NCBI RefSeq assembly: GCF_020745735.1
Contig: NC_083417.1
Coordinates: forward strand, 48,360,001 to 48,424,000
Length of the DNA: 64,000 nucleotides
Source of the DNA: Hemiscyllium ocellatum
Lineage: Eukaryota
Direction of reading: 5' to 3'
Shown here: piece by piece, positions 1-12,155 of the stretch
How positions within the stretch are numbered: the stretch's first letter is position 1
How the letters are laid out: the number at the start of each line of letters is the position of its first letter
The notes under the pieces: model-generated
What the model was told of the DNA's origin: nothing
Seen by the model: only the letters and a program-made list of their open reading frames with translations
The model's database searches: none
Translations under genes and position numbers: made by a program

Positions 1-800
1 CCTGAGCATTGCACCTTTACATTCAATGACATTGCTGACACTGAATCCCTCACTAGTAACATCCTGAGGGTTACAAATGGCTAGAATATAAATTGAGTAA
101 AAACAATGACTGCAGATGCTGGAAACCAGATTCTGGATTAGATTGGTGCTGGAAAAGCACAGCAGTTCAGGCTGCATCCGAGGAGCAGGAAAATCGACAT
201 TTCGGGCAAAAGCCCTTCACTAGAATATGAACTGGACTAGCAATATAAATATAGTGGCTACAAAAGCAGGAATCTTGAAATTCCTGACTCCCAAAAGCCT
301 GTCCAACGTCTACTAAGCATAAGTCAAGAGTGTGATTAAATACTCCCATTGGTCTGGATGGGCGCAGCGCCAACAACACTCAAGAACTCTAACACCGTCC
401 AGAATAAAGCAACCTCCTTAATAGCATCTCATCCACAAACATTCAATCTGTGATAGCAATGTGTACATCAACAACATGCACTGAAAAAATTCACCAAGTC
501 TCCTAGGACAACACCTTCCAATCAATGACCACTAGGAAGACAGCGGAAGTAGGTACGTACAAACACCACCACCTGCAGGTTCCCGTTCAAGCGACTCTCT
601 GTCCTGACTTGGAAATATATTACCATTCTTCGGTGTCACTGGGTCAAAGTCCTGGAACCCCTTTCCAAATTACTTTGTGAGTGTGCCTATCCCATATGGT
701 CTGCAGCGCTTAAAGATGGAAGTTCACCAACTTTTCAAAGGCACCTAGTATTGGGCAATAAATGCTGGCCTAGTCAGTGATTCCCACATCCCATGAACAA
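1..800 (+). mobile_element. Decayed 3' part of a CR1-like LINE, interrupted by a PLE fragment at 96-219
   Basis: RT C-terminal remnants (cctgactcccaaaagcctgtccaacgtctactaagcataagtcaagagtgtg) and a 3' end gggcaataaatgctggcc...cccacatcccatgaa; same family recurs at 46240-47820. Confidence 0.7.
96..219 (-). mobile_element. PLE 3'-end fragment (family A), truncated inside the hammerhead core
   Basis: Minus strand reads tgaagggcttttgcccgaaatgtcgat...ccagcatctgcagtc; degenerate 15-bp TSD ctagaatataaattg (81-95) / ctagaatatgaactg (220-234). Confidence 0.8.
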
Positions 801-1481
801 ATACAAACAGTGACAGTGCAAAATCTAATGCTGTCACCAGCACACATCCACCACTCCATTGTTAATAGCCAATACATTTGCCATCTTATCAATCTCAAGT
901 GCCTTCTCCTCCATTGGTCACAGGCGAAGCTCTACCTCCAGTTCTCTGCCCCTCCCTGGAGTCGTTGGTTCTCTTCTGTAATGAGAAAAAGCAGTGAGCT
1001 GTGAGCGTAAGAAGGAAAATGAGTGGTGATGATGAAATGAGAACATTCATCAGACTCAGAAACATTTGGCCTTTTGAACCTGCTCTGCAATTCAATAGGA
1101 TTGTGGTTGATGCGGTTGTGGCCTCAACACCACTCTTCTGTCTGGTCCCCATGATCCTCAACTGTTTTGATTATCAAAACTCTATCTGAATAAATTCAAT
1201 TACCCATCCTCCACCATTTTCTGGGGAAGATAATTTAACAGAATAACTGTCCTCAGAGAAATTATTTCTCCTCATCTCCATCTTACAAGGGAGACCTCTC
1301 ATTCTTAAACCCTGCCTACTAGTTCTATTCACTCCCCACCTGAACAAACATCCTTCCTATCAAGCCCCCTAAGGATTTTATATGTTTCTACTGCCGTTTT
1401 CAAAGTAATTAATTCCACATTTCCTATATTATAATCCATCCGGCAATTGTTTTTTACCTATTCCCTTAACCTATCTGTATC

Positions 1482-1608
1482 AGTGAGTTTTGAGAAGATT
1501 TGTAGCTCAGGTTGAGGTTCTGGATGTAGGTTTGCTTGCTGAGCTGGAAGGTTTGTTTTCAGATGTTTCAGACCTTCCAGCTCAGCGAGCAAACTTACAT
1601 CCAGAACC
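1482..1608 (-). mobile_element. Miniature palindromic PLE 3'-end insertion (Poseidon-type end)
   Basis: Inverted arms 1514-1552 / 1572-1610; tail gagctacaaatcttc shared with the PLE end at 25501-25515; TSD tctgtatc 1474-1481 / 1609-1616. Confidence 0.85.
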
Positions 1609-1864
1609 TCTGTATCCTTTATAGCTCTTTACCTCCTCCTGATAACTTACTTTTCTATTTAGCTTGGTGTCATTGGCAAATTTAGCAACAATCATCCCTT
1701 CATCCAAGTCAATTATGTCGCCTGTAAATAGTTCAGGTCTCAGCTCTGATCCCGATCGGGAACTCTGCTCGTCACAACTTGCCAAATTGAAAAGCATCAC
1801 ATTCTCTGCTTCCTGTTAGCCACCAATCCTATACATTTATGCTACTTTGTTCCCCCCTTTAGCA

Positions 1865-2898
1865 GTTTTGGTAAGCTTAAGATTAGATAAATCATCAGGT
1901 CCAGATAAGATTTATCTTAGGCTGGTGTGGGAAAAAAAGGTTGAGATTGGGAAGCTTTTTGAAAAATTCTGAGGAACACTTGAACAGGCAAGACTTAATC
2001 AAGAAGGGTCAAACATGGCTTGGTCAGGAGGAGATGCTGTCTAAGAAATTTTATTGAAAGTTTTGGGAAGGTGACTAGGTATGCAGATAAGGGCATTGAT
2101 GGGAGTCCTTATGGACTTAAACCGAGGTGTCATGTGGGACACTGGTCATGAAGTTAAATGGTCATGGGATCCTGAGCAATTTAGGAAATTGGAGCCAAGA
2201 TTAGTTTTGTGGCAGGCAGTAGAGGGTGATGGTCAAAGTTTGCTTTTGTGCTGGGAGCCCTTGTTCAGTCGTGTACCTTAGGATTTGGTGCTGGGTCCCT
2301 TGCTGCTTTTAGCATACATTAATGATTTAGGCATCAGCGTAGGAGATTTTATCAGCACATTCACAGACGCACAAACATTGTTGCCTATGGTAGTGAGAAG
2401 GAAATCTTAGACAACAGCAAGATATCAATAGGTTGGTCAAGTGGGCAGATGGAGTTTAATCCTGAGGAGTGTGAGCTGATGTACTTTGGGAGGACTAGCA
2501 ATGTAAAGCAGTGCATGATGAAAGGTAGGATCTGAGGTAGTACTGAGAATCAGCAGGACCTTGGTGTACATATAAAAATATTTTTGAAGACATCAGGAAG
2601 TTGCATAGGGCGATTAAGAGGTCATATGGGATACTTACTTTCATTAAACGAGGCACTGAAAACATGAGCTGGAGGTTATGATGGAGCTGTATCAGGCATT
2701 GTTAGGTCACAGCTGGAGTGGTGGAACAGATAGGAACAATTACATTTAAAAAGTATTTTTTGAACTCCTAAAATCCATAATATAAAAGGCTATACAGACT
2801 AAGTGCTGGGAAAAGTTATTAGACAGATAGGTGCCTGAGACTGGCATGCAGAAAATGGGCCAAAGGCCTCATTCTGTGCTGTAATACTCCATGACTCC
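1865..2898 (+). mobile_element. Decayed CR1 LINE, RT region to 3' tail
   Basis: gataaatcatcaggtccagataagatttatc (DKSSGPD), ggatttggtgctgggtccc, tail gggccaaaggcc...ctgtgctgtaatactccatgactc. Confidence 0.8.
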
Positions 2899-3473
2899 GT
2901 GAAGCATATACTATGAGCTCTTAACTTATGTAATAATTGTTCATGTGACACTTAATCAAATTGTTTTCAGAAATATTAACATACTCTATCCACAGATGCC
3001 TCTGTACATACCTTGCTTGTTACTTTCTAAAAGAAATCCAATCAGCTAAACATAATTTCCCTTTCAGAAAACCATGTTGTGTCTGCCTGATCCAATTATG
3101 ATTTTCTGAATTTAGTCGTTAATGTATCCCAGCAATTTTCCTTTGACAGATGTTAGGCTTACCAGCCTATTGTTTCCTGCTTTCTGTTTCTCTCCTCTCT
3201 TGAATAATGATGTTACATTTGCTGTTTTCAAATCTGCTGGGTCCCTTGTAGAATCTAAGCAATTTTGGAAGATTATAACCAATGCCTCTAATATCTATGC
3301 AGCCATTTCTTTCAGAACCTTAGTAAGGAAGCTAGAGGTCTTGGGAATTTGGTTGAACAGTTTCCCAGTACATTTTCCCTGTGGATGGTGATTGTCTTAA
3401 AGTTATGCCCTCCCATCACCTGATCTGCAATTACCTTTGGAAACATTGTGTTCTCTAGTGAAGACAATAACTC

Positions 3474-4580
3474 TGTAATTTTCTATATTTTGATTGTGGA
3501 CTAAAATGGGAAAAGGACAGTTTTAAATCCAAAAATTGTGGAAGAAGTTGATGCACTTCTAAAAATAACTGCAATTATTGTAAGTTATGGTCACACTGCT
3601 GCTTTATTCCAGCAGTGGGGGTGGCCATTTGTAGACAGGTCAACAGCAGGAAGAAATACATCTGGCAAAAGGTTGGTGATTGGTTTGTCGAGTTGTGACT
3701 AGTTTTGGATGACAAAGGCCATAAAACTGATAATAAATATCTGATTGGGCCCTGGCAAGTGAACAGCTTGTAGGTTGTGTAATACTGGCAGAAGCCTTTG
3801 GACTACCATAAGGGCAGAAAGGGGTGTCTTTCTCTCCAGTAAAATCCCTCAAACCTAAAGAAAGTCTGTTTATTACCATCATCAATCACTGGAAGGTGTG
3901 GCATTTAACCAGTAACTAAGACATTTTTCAGCGAGAGTACCAATTGCCCGTCTTCCTGAGAAAGTGGTGGTTGCAGGTAAAAATACAACACTTAAAAGAC
4001 ATTTTGATAGATACATGAATAGGAAAGATTTGGAAGGATGTGGACCAGGAGCAGGCAGGTGGGACTAATTTAGTTTGGGATTATATTCGGCATGGACTGG
4101 TTGGACTGAAGGGTCTGTTTCTGTGCTGTATGACTTTATGACTCCTGTGAAAAAGTGAAAAGAACCTGAGAAGGGAGTGAAAAATAGAAAATCTTAGCAA
4201 ACAAAATGATTATCTCAGCAGACCCTGTGGTATGGGGCCAATTAACTGCTTCCCCGGATTTTTATTTCCCTCCACTCATAACACCAGCGTTATTTTGTCT
4301 GTTAGCGTTTGCCTATGTATGTGTGTTTTTAAAGTGGGTGAAGGATTCAACTGGTAGAATTATATATTGACAGTTGATAGTTGTTTATGTGTAGTTAGAA
4401 TCTACTTGTTTGTAATAAATAGCAGTTAAATGTTAAATACACAAGTCTGCTCCATGTTTCCTATTAGCCTGGGTCTAAAAAAAGACAGGTAAATTGTGGA
4501 CATTGCATACTTTGATCAAATTTTGAGACTGGGAATTGCAGAGCATGATTTCCAGCAGGCCAACCCAGTGAGGCGTAACA
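3474..4580 (+). mobile_element. Possible solo LTR
   Basis: TGTAA...TAACA ends, AATAAA near 4414, interrupts an otherwise continuous CR1; no clean TSD. Confidence 0.4.
3970..4143 (+). mobile_element. HER1/CR1 3' tail fragment
   Basis: ggcaggtgggactaa...ggcatggactggttggactgaagggtctgtttctgtgctgtatgact, matches 17070-17250. Confidence 0.85.
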
Positions 4581-7500
4581 ACACATGAAATCCCTGTTCA
4601 TTACTGAGGCCATTTCCTTGTCTTCCATTATTAATTCCCCAGATTCATAGTCTGGAGTCCAATCCTCAGTTTAGTTACTTTCTGTCAATTTAAATACATG
4701 CAGAAATTCTTACGATCTGTATTTGCATTACTAGCTAATGTTCTCTCATACTGTCCTTTTTTTGTCATTCCCTTCGGGTTCTTAAAATCTTCCCAATCTC
4801 CTGACATACCAGTAGTCTTCACAGATTTGTACAGTGTTTATTTCAATTTAATCCTATCCTTACTTTCTTTATTTAGTCATTTGCTGATGCAGTCAAGTTT
4901 GTACACTTGGTCCCTTCGTCACATGCTGGTTACCATTTTTTAAATTACTATCTTGATCTATCATTTTGCTATTGCAGCTCAATTTACCATATTTCGTCAC
5001 AAAATATCCCTCCTCCACCCTCATTATTTGTTTTAAAATCCTCTCTACTGTCCTGGGTTATACAATTTACCAGTACTGTTCAGCTGAAGATCATTCAAAT
5101 ATTACTGCTCCCTCCCTTTCCTTAGTGATGGTACAAGTGCCCCATGAATTGAAACTCATTTGTCCCTTACCAAAATGCTTTTGGGTCATACATTCTTTTC
5201 TCACATCTTATTTACCCTTTTCCATCTACTCCTGGCTCAGGTACTAATTCAGAGATCCAGTGGCTTTGGTTCTTAATTTAGCCCTCATCTCCTTATAATC
5301 CCCAAACAAATATTCTTTCGTGGCCCTACGTCATTGTTACCCATGTGTACAAAGACAACTGAGTCCTTCCCTTCTCATTGCAGGTTCTCTCCAGCCTGAG
5401 CAGATGCTTTGAACCCTGGAATCAGGCAGACAACACAGCCTTCTGCACACTTGCTCTTGGCTGCAGAAAATTAGTTTTTTTCATCTGATTATATTTTCAC
5501 TTGTGCCACTACATGTCTATTTACACAATCCACTTGAATGGCTTTCTGTACTATGTGCCATGGTCAATTCACACCTTGCAGACCTCACTTTCACCCAAGA
5601 ACTTCAAACATATTGGCGAATTGCAAATGCTGAAGCTCCTCAATATTTTGATCCCATTGCCTGCCTCACTCAGTTCCTGACCACTGCAATGACAAAAATC
5701 AGATGACCCAGTCCGAAGGAGTGTGTCTTTCTCATGCACCCTGGGGAGTAAAATATATAGTTGAGGGGGGGAGAGGGGCAAGGAAAGGATGTGAAAGGCA
5801 ATAGGATGAGAATGAGTGTCGGTATTGCCTGTTAAGATAAAGATTTGAAGTGGTGACTGGGGAGGAAGGAATGTATGAAACATGCTTGAGGGTCAGAGGA
5901 GTACAGAGGTGAGTGAGAGTGCTACCAATTCGGCCACAGTTGACACAGCAATCAAAATGATTAATTTATAGCAAGTTTTATTATGCTGTTAAAAACTCAA
6001 ATATACCAGAATTCATTACACTACTGTTTTCTGCTATATTTAGTGAGTAACTGATGGGTACACACCAAAATGTCATATTGTTCACCTATTTTAATGCTGA
6101 ATCCTAGTGAGAGCTATTTGCAGTGGAGCTCGGCAAGAAGCAGAGAAAACTGGAGAGCAACTTCTGTAATACTGTATTTAACTGCATAATATGTGGATGC
6201 TCGAAGTTGCTGTTCAATTTACTCCATGAAAATGGTGATAACTTCACTATTAATTATTTCAAAATCTATGTCATTTAATTATAGTCCCATTTTGAAGTAT
6301 TACGGCACTGAACTTCTGAAACAAGTAGCAGAAACATACTGCATTATAGTTTTTAAAGGGAAACTTATATACTGAAAGACATTAGGAAATGATTACAACT
6401 GGAACTCTATAAAATAGCCTCCTTTATGCAGTAAAATTCAACAATTTTTAACATTTGAACATCTTTACAGAAAATAAAGCAGTAATAGTGTGGGCTATTT
6501 AATGTAATGCAGGCTGCAATGCAAATGTTACGAATACTGTGTTCAGGAATTTGTGATAGTGCACTTATAAGTTCTTTTGTAATATTGCTATTCACACATG
6601 AAACTGAAGAAGCCAATTACATTAATGATGTGCTAATATCCTTATGGCACTTAAGCAGCAAACAATTCCATTCTTTTAATTGCACCTGAGACAGCAAATG
6701 GTTATGATAGTTCTCAATGTGCTGACATCTATGCTACCTAGTTAAGTGGATGCATTTTTCTTATAATTAGCCTGTTGGAATGTGATTTGCATTGCATACC
6801 ATAGTAATTTCAACTATATTTTAAAAGCCTGAATTGGAAGCTGGCACATTTTCAAGTTTGACCCCATGTTCAATAAGAAAAGGTTTCTTCTGACCTCAAC
6901 ATACGTTCTTTCAACCAGTCATTGTTTAAAACATATTTTTAGAAGTTGGCAAATCTATAATGTTCTGCTAAAATATCATATTTCAGAACCAAAGCCAATT
7001 TATGAGTAAATGTTTCCAAGAATTTTAATGCTATCATTTTATATAAAATTATTAACAGATTAATAATCCTGCAAACACATGGGATAAAATATCGTTGTGC
7101 TTTCTTCTTGCAGAAAGACAATGGGAAAACACCACCTGGACTCCATATTCTCATAAACTCTAGCATAATCAAAGTACTTCCTGGCTATCCATACAACCTT
7201 TTTTGAAGAAAATGTTATTTTTAGTTTGACCATAAACCATGCAGCACATACAGACTAAACCACAATATCGTGCACCCAGATGTAGAAAGAAGCAAGACAA
7301 AAATGACCATTGTGAAGGTTTTTTTTTCTTGCTGATGACATCATGCTATCATTCCAATTACAATCAAAACCATAACAACCTTAACATGGAATCAATTAAC
7401 ATTATTTCAGTTAGTGTTTCAACTGATGATTAAAAAAAAGTCCAAAATTTGAAACAGACACTGATGAGTTTGCCAAATTGAGGTTCACTGGATTTAGTCA

Positions 7501-8849
7501 ATTAACTTTATCAGTAGCACTGTGTCAGCCACCAGCAGGCACCCTGCGTAAACCATATTTAGCAGCACTCCTCCACCACACTGAAATTGCTGGAACAGTT
7601 GAAAACAAAATACTGATAATAGTAACAGAACAGCTCATTTCATGTGTTAAAACAAAAATTTTGCATTACCATGAAACCCAATTTTAGTCATCAACCCAAG
7701 TGCCTTAGACTTGAATAGTTAATGTTGAGAAATCAGTTACTACAAACTGAACTGAATAATATTACAATTGTATCGAACTTTTTGTCCTCTTAGAGAAAAT
7801 CTGAGAGTTGATTTATTATCTAGCCAATAAAGAGCATGGAAATGCACCTCACAAATCAATGGAAACTCACTTAATCTCACTACATTGACTGAACCTTTTA
7901 CAGTAATACACTTTCAAAAGTGTTCATTCCATTTCGGCGACTAAAACGATCAGTCTCTGAATCATTTTTTTTGGTGAAATACGCAGTTTCAAGTTGGTTC
8001 ACAAACTTAAGAAACAAAGTGCATGGAATCTTCATTAGATTAGTCATGGAATCATTTCCTGAATCAATATTTTGAATGCAACAGTCCCACTTTGGCTCAG
8101 CATTTACTGTAACTGACCATCCTACAATAGCTGTTTCAATAAACTGTCAATCACGTAGATCTTGAGCATCTATAATAGTAAATCAACTCACTATTAAATG
8201 TTTTACAGCATTAAATTTCAAAGATTTAAATAAACATTTAGTTACACTTTACTACTTTCAAAAATTTGGAATATTGCATCTGTAGAATTCACTGAATACT
8301 TGTGTTCTACAAACTAATCACAAAAGATATTTGCAACTTCACACTACAACACAAATATTATTGGTATTCCGTTTCATTGATTATGATTTATTTTCCTCAT
8401 GATAGAAGACCATCAATAAAGATATTTTTACCATAACCCGAAATATTGAATATAATCTCCAATACAGCTGCAAACTCTTAATTATGACAGAAATAGCAGA
8501 TCACAGTTGATAATCCCTCTTTCTCACCCTAGCTAATTGGAAAGAATATACTTTATGTACCAAAACAAAAAGCAAATCAGGTGAATTGAGTGATGAGTTA
8601 ACACAAAGTTCACTGAAGAAATCAAAATTCCCTAAATAATAGTATTATCTTGAATGATGAATAATGTTCAAGTTGAATTTGTTGACTCAGTGCCTGAACA
8701 GATTGATGCAATAGCGTGGGGATCCAATCCCCATTATTAAAGCTGGCATAAAGTGCCCCACTTATGATCAATGGAGGTTGCTAGACTGTATATTGTACTT
8801 CCCTTGGACAGATAACACAAAAGGAAGAGAAAGATAAGCACAGTCCCTT

Positions 8850-9065
8850 TGGTTATAGGGTTCATAGCAAGGGGATATAGATTTTGGTTAAGAGGTTTAG
8901 AGGAAATTTGAGGGAAATTATTTTTTTTCAGATAGTGGTGGGAATCTGGAGCTCACTGCCCAAAAGAATGGCAAAGCAGAAACTTATTACATTCAGAATA
9001 AGGTCTTTGAAAGACACTTGAAGTGCCATATCTAGGAAGGCTACCAACAAAGAGCTAGGAAGTAA
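8850..9065 (+). mobile_element. Decayed CR1 3' fragment
   Basis: aggggatatagatttt...tttagaggaaatttgagggaaattatttttt...gtggtgggaatctggagctcactgcc. Confidence 0.6.
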
Positions 9066-9577
9066 TCTAACAAAACAAGTATAAATTTAAAGTTAAAAAT
9101 GCTTGTTTTACATATCAGTCCAGTGAATGAGAATGGCATCTAAACTCAGGTTTAAAAGTTTAGAACCAGGACAACCTGTGATAAGATACAGGGCCAGAAA
9201 CAGATATGCTGAGGTGCATGGCAGACAATGACAGTACAGATGGAATTTTGTGCCTAAATGCATTATGGGCTGAGTGAAAAGAATATTACAAGGAGAGCTG
9301 ATGGAGGATTTGAATGATGAGATGGGATGGGAAGACTGAATTGAAGGTACGAAGGTAGAAATGGATGAGAGAAAGAATGAAGAAATGGAGACTGAAAATA
9401 AAGCTGTGGAAAGGACATGGTTATGGCCCAGCATCAAGATATGTGTCTTACTTGAGGCAAAGGCATTCGAAGAAGTAGGCAATCGAAGTAACAAAAGAGA
9501 CAACAAATTCAAGGAACTCACAACAAGTTCCAGGTAGCTGAATATTGACATAGAACAGAAGGAGGCAGTTTGCTAGG

Positions 9578-10575
9578 TGTCATGGACCAAAAATATGCTG
9601 GAAGAATTATAGTTACCTGAATTCCCAAGGTCAGTTAGCTGCTTCCTTTGAGTCTCACTGGGATAACTACTGAAATTACTCCTCTGTCACAAAAGTCAAA
9701 GATTTTAAAAGTACACAGAATTCCGCATTTACCTCACCTTTAGATCCAGGTTGTCAAAAAGCATGAACCAGGTTTCTGCATGTAAGCAGAATTATTATTT
9801 ATTTCAAATAAATAGACTCTAGCTACAGGTAAACAATTATGAAGCATTAGCATTTAACTCCCCTAGTTAATATTCTAACCCCCTAATGAATTCACACTCT
9901 ACACACATACACAGACAGATATAAACAGGAAACAAAATAAGGTTTTTTAGGCAAAAGCAATGACTGGGAAAATATTCAGTGAGATGATTCTTGTGCAGAT
10001 CAGATATTGCTTCTTAGTCTTTATCTCTGGATGCTTTTACTCATTTGCAGAAAGCACAGGATGAACAGTTCACACTTGTAAAGGTCTTTGATTTATTAAT
10101 TAAAAGTCACAGCTTACAGCAACTACTAAAGGAAAAGCAAATTGATTTTCTTCAGGCTTAAAATGGCTTTTTTGCAGAGAAGAGGCAGTTCCTATGTTTG
10201 CGAAGATTGATGACTTTTCCCTTTCTTGTTCACAGCTTCACATGATTCAACTACCTGGGAGCCAATCTGGCAGACTGAAGACCTTTGTCATCAGTAACTG
10301 GTCACTAGTACATGGACCAATCAGCTAATTGTTGCTGGTTGAATCTCCTTTTGCCCACAGCCCTTGGCTCTAGCTAGGCTTCAAACAAAACTTCAACCGC
10401 TGCTCAAACAAGTAGCTGTGCTTATGATAAGTGTCAGGTTACTTGCTTTCCAAAAAGTGGTGGAAGCTCCACCAATCCTTGGTTTTAAAAACTTTTTTTC
10501 TCCCTATTTCAGTCCTCAATAAAAAATACAGAAAAATAAAAAAAAGACTTAATCCCTGCGTATATGCAGTATAAC
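9578..10575 (-). mobile_element. Possible solo LTR-like repeat
   Basis: Begins TGTCA, antisense AATAAA near 9800, layout similar to 33620-34148; no TSD confirmed. Confidence 0.25.
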
Positions 10576-11149
10576 TTCATTCTTTATTCTCAGTGCCAGA
10601 GGACATCAAAATATAATGTGGAGTCAGCAGAGCAGAACAAAGACTTTGCAAAAATTATTCCCTTGCCTCAGAGTTTTCAGATTCAGATCTCTGAGGTTTG
10701 GTTATAAAAAGGATGCTGGATGGCACCTCACAGAGTCACTGAAGATCACCTTAGATGATCTGAATCAGATAGCATGGGTCACAGCAAAGTTCAGTGCCAA
10801 ATTCAACATTTGTATATAACAAGAATTCAACATAATGTACTTCAATCTGGAGCAAGTGATTCTATTATGAATATTTATATTCATCTTCTGTGGTAGCAAT
10901 GTCAGTAGATCTAAATAGGATGTTTCAACCACAGAGATTGATGAACCATTTGAAGTGAATAATAGCAACTAATATATTGAAATCAGCTCATAATGTTTTG
11001 AGGCTTCTAAACAGATACAATTAAATCTATGGTCAGCCACTCAGGACCCAGCATAAGTGGAATGTTTAGAATTCACCTTCTGGATGTGTCCTCTCTCTGG
11101 GTGATTGCCTATTAGCTTTCTACTTAGCTCATATACCTCACCTAATTAT

Positions 11150-12155
11150 TAAGACAGAAGAGCAGGCTGGTATGTAGATGATAATTTTGTCATCATTAAA
11201 CATACACAACTGGAAGAAACTCACCATCATATCAATAACATCCTCACTGGAATAAAGTTCACTAAAAGAGAATAGCAGCAGACTCCTCTTCTTGGACGTA
11301 TTAGTGGAATGCACACCTACCGGTGAACTTCTGATCAGTGTGTACAGGAAGAACACCCATACAGACCAGATACTGAACTGTAACGGCAACCACTCCAGCC
11401 TCCACAAATGAAACTGTATTAGGACACTATTTAAACAGGCAACGATACTCTGCAGCAACCCAGAACTTCAGAGGGAAGAATGGGAATGCTTATTCGAGGG
11501 ATTTAAACGGAGTGAGTACCCCAAGAGCATTATCCTCTGGTACTTATGCAACAAACCTAAAGAAGAAAATGTTACTCAACCAGACATGATAGTGACCATA
11601 CCTACATCAAGGACATGTCAGAAATGACTACCCAACTACTCAGACCCACGGAATCTTAATGGCCCACAAACCAATAAACACCTCTCACCAGAACCAGAAG
11701 TTAAAGACCCAACAGATACATCCAACAGGACAAACATAATCTACAAGATATCCTGAGAGAATTGTGAAAAATATTACATAGGACAAATAGGAAGAAAACT
11801 GACTATATGACTGCATGAACAGCAATTTGCCACTGCCAGACATGACCAGTACTCTCATTTCCACCCACACAGACAATGAAGAACATGATTTCAACTGGGA
11901 CAATGTAACCATCCTAGCACAGGCAAAACAGAGACCCGTGACAGAATTCCTTGTGGCCTGGCACTCCACCGAAACTCAACCAACAAACATATTGAATTAG
12001 ACCCCATATACAATCCACTCAGATACAGAACCAGAAGTAGTAGAAAACAGAGACACAAATATCAGGGGGGATGGACCACCAACCAGAGGTGCACTGATAA
12101 TGTCACCTAGTGAGATGACAAAACATCTGCAGGAAAACACATTAGCTCGGCGAAA
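11150..12155 (+). mobile_element. Decayed Penelope/Poseidon-type PLE (RT-GIY-YIG pseudogene) with dead HHR
   Basis: tatgtagatgataattttgtcatc (YVDDNFVI), YIGQ, HDFNWDNVTILAQ..EFLVAWHS, colinear with the ORF at 23774-25414; frameshifts and stops; HHR relic at 12091-12130. Confidence 0.92.

Larger units (their letters stand above)
1040..5400 (-). mobile_element. Old CR1 LINE in pieces (approx. 1040-1860, 2900-3470, 4581-5400), split by younger insertions
   Basis: Antisense CR1 tail (catttggccttttgaacctgctctgcaattcaatagg) and antisense RT/EN remnants (ttagcttggtgtcattggcaaattt = KFANDTKL; gatgttaggcttaccagcctattgtttcc) in colinear order. Confidence 0.65.

Noticed and set aside
7529-7542. CTCF-like motif ccaccagcaggcac
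   Set aside because: Two mismatches in the core; expected by chance
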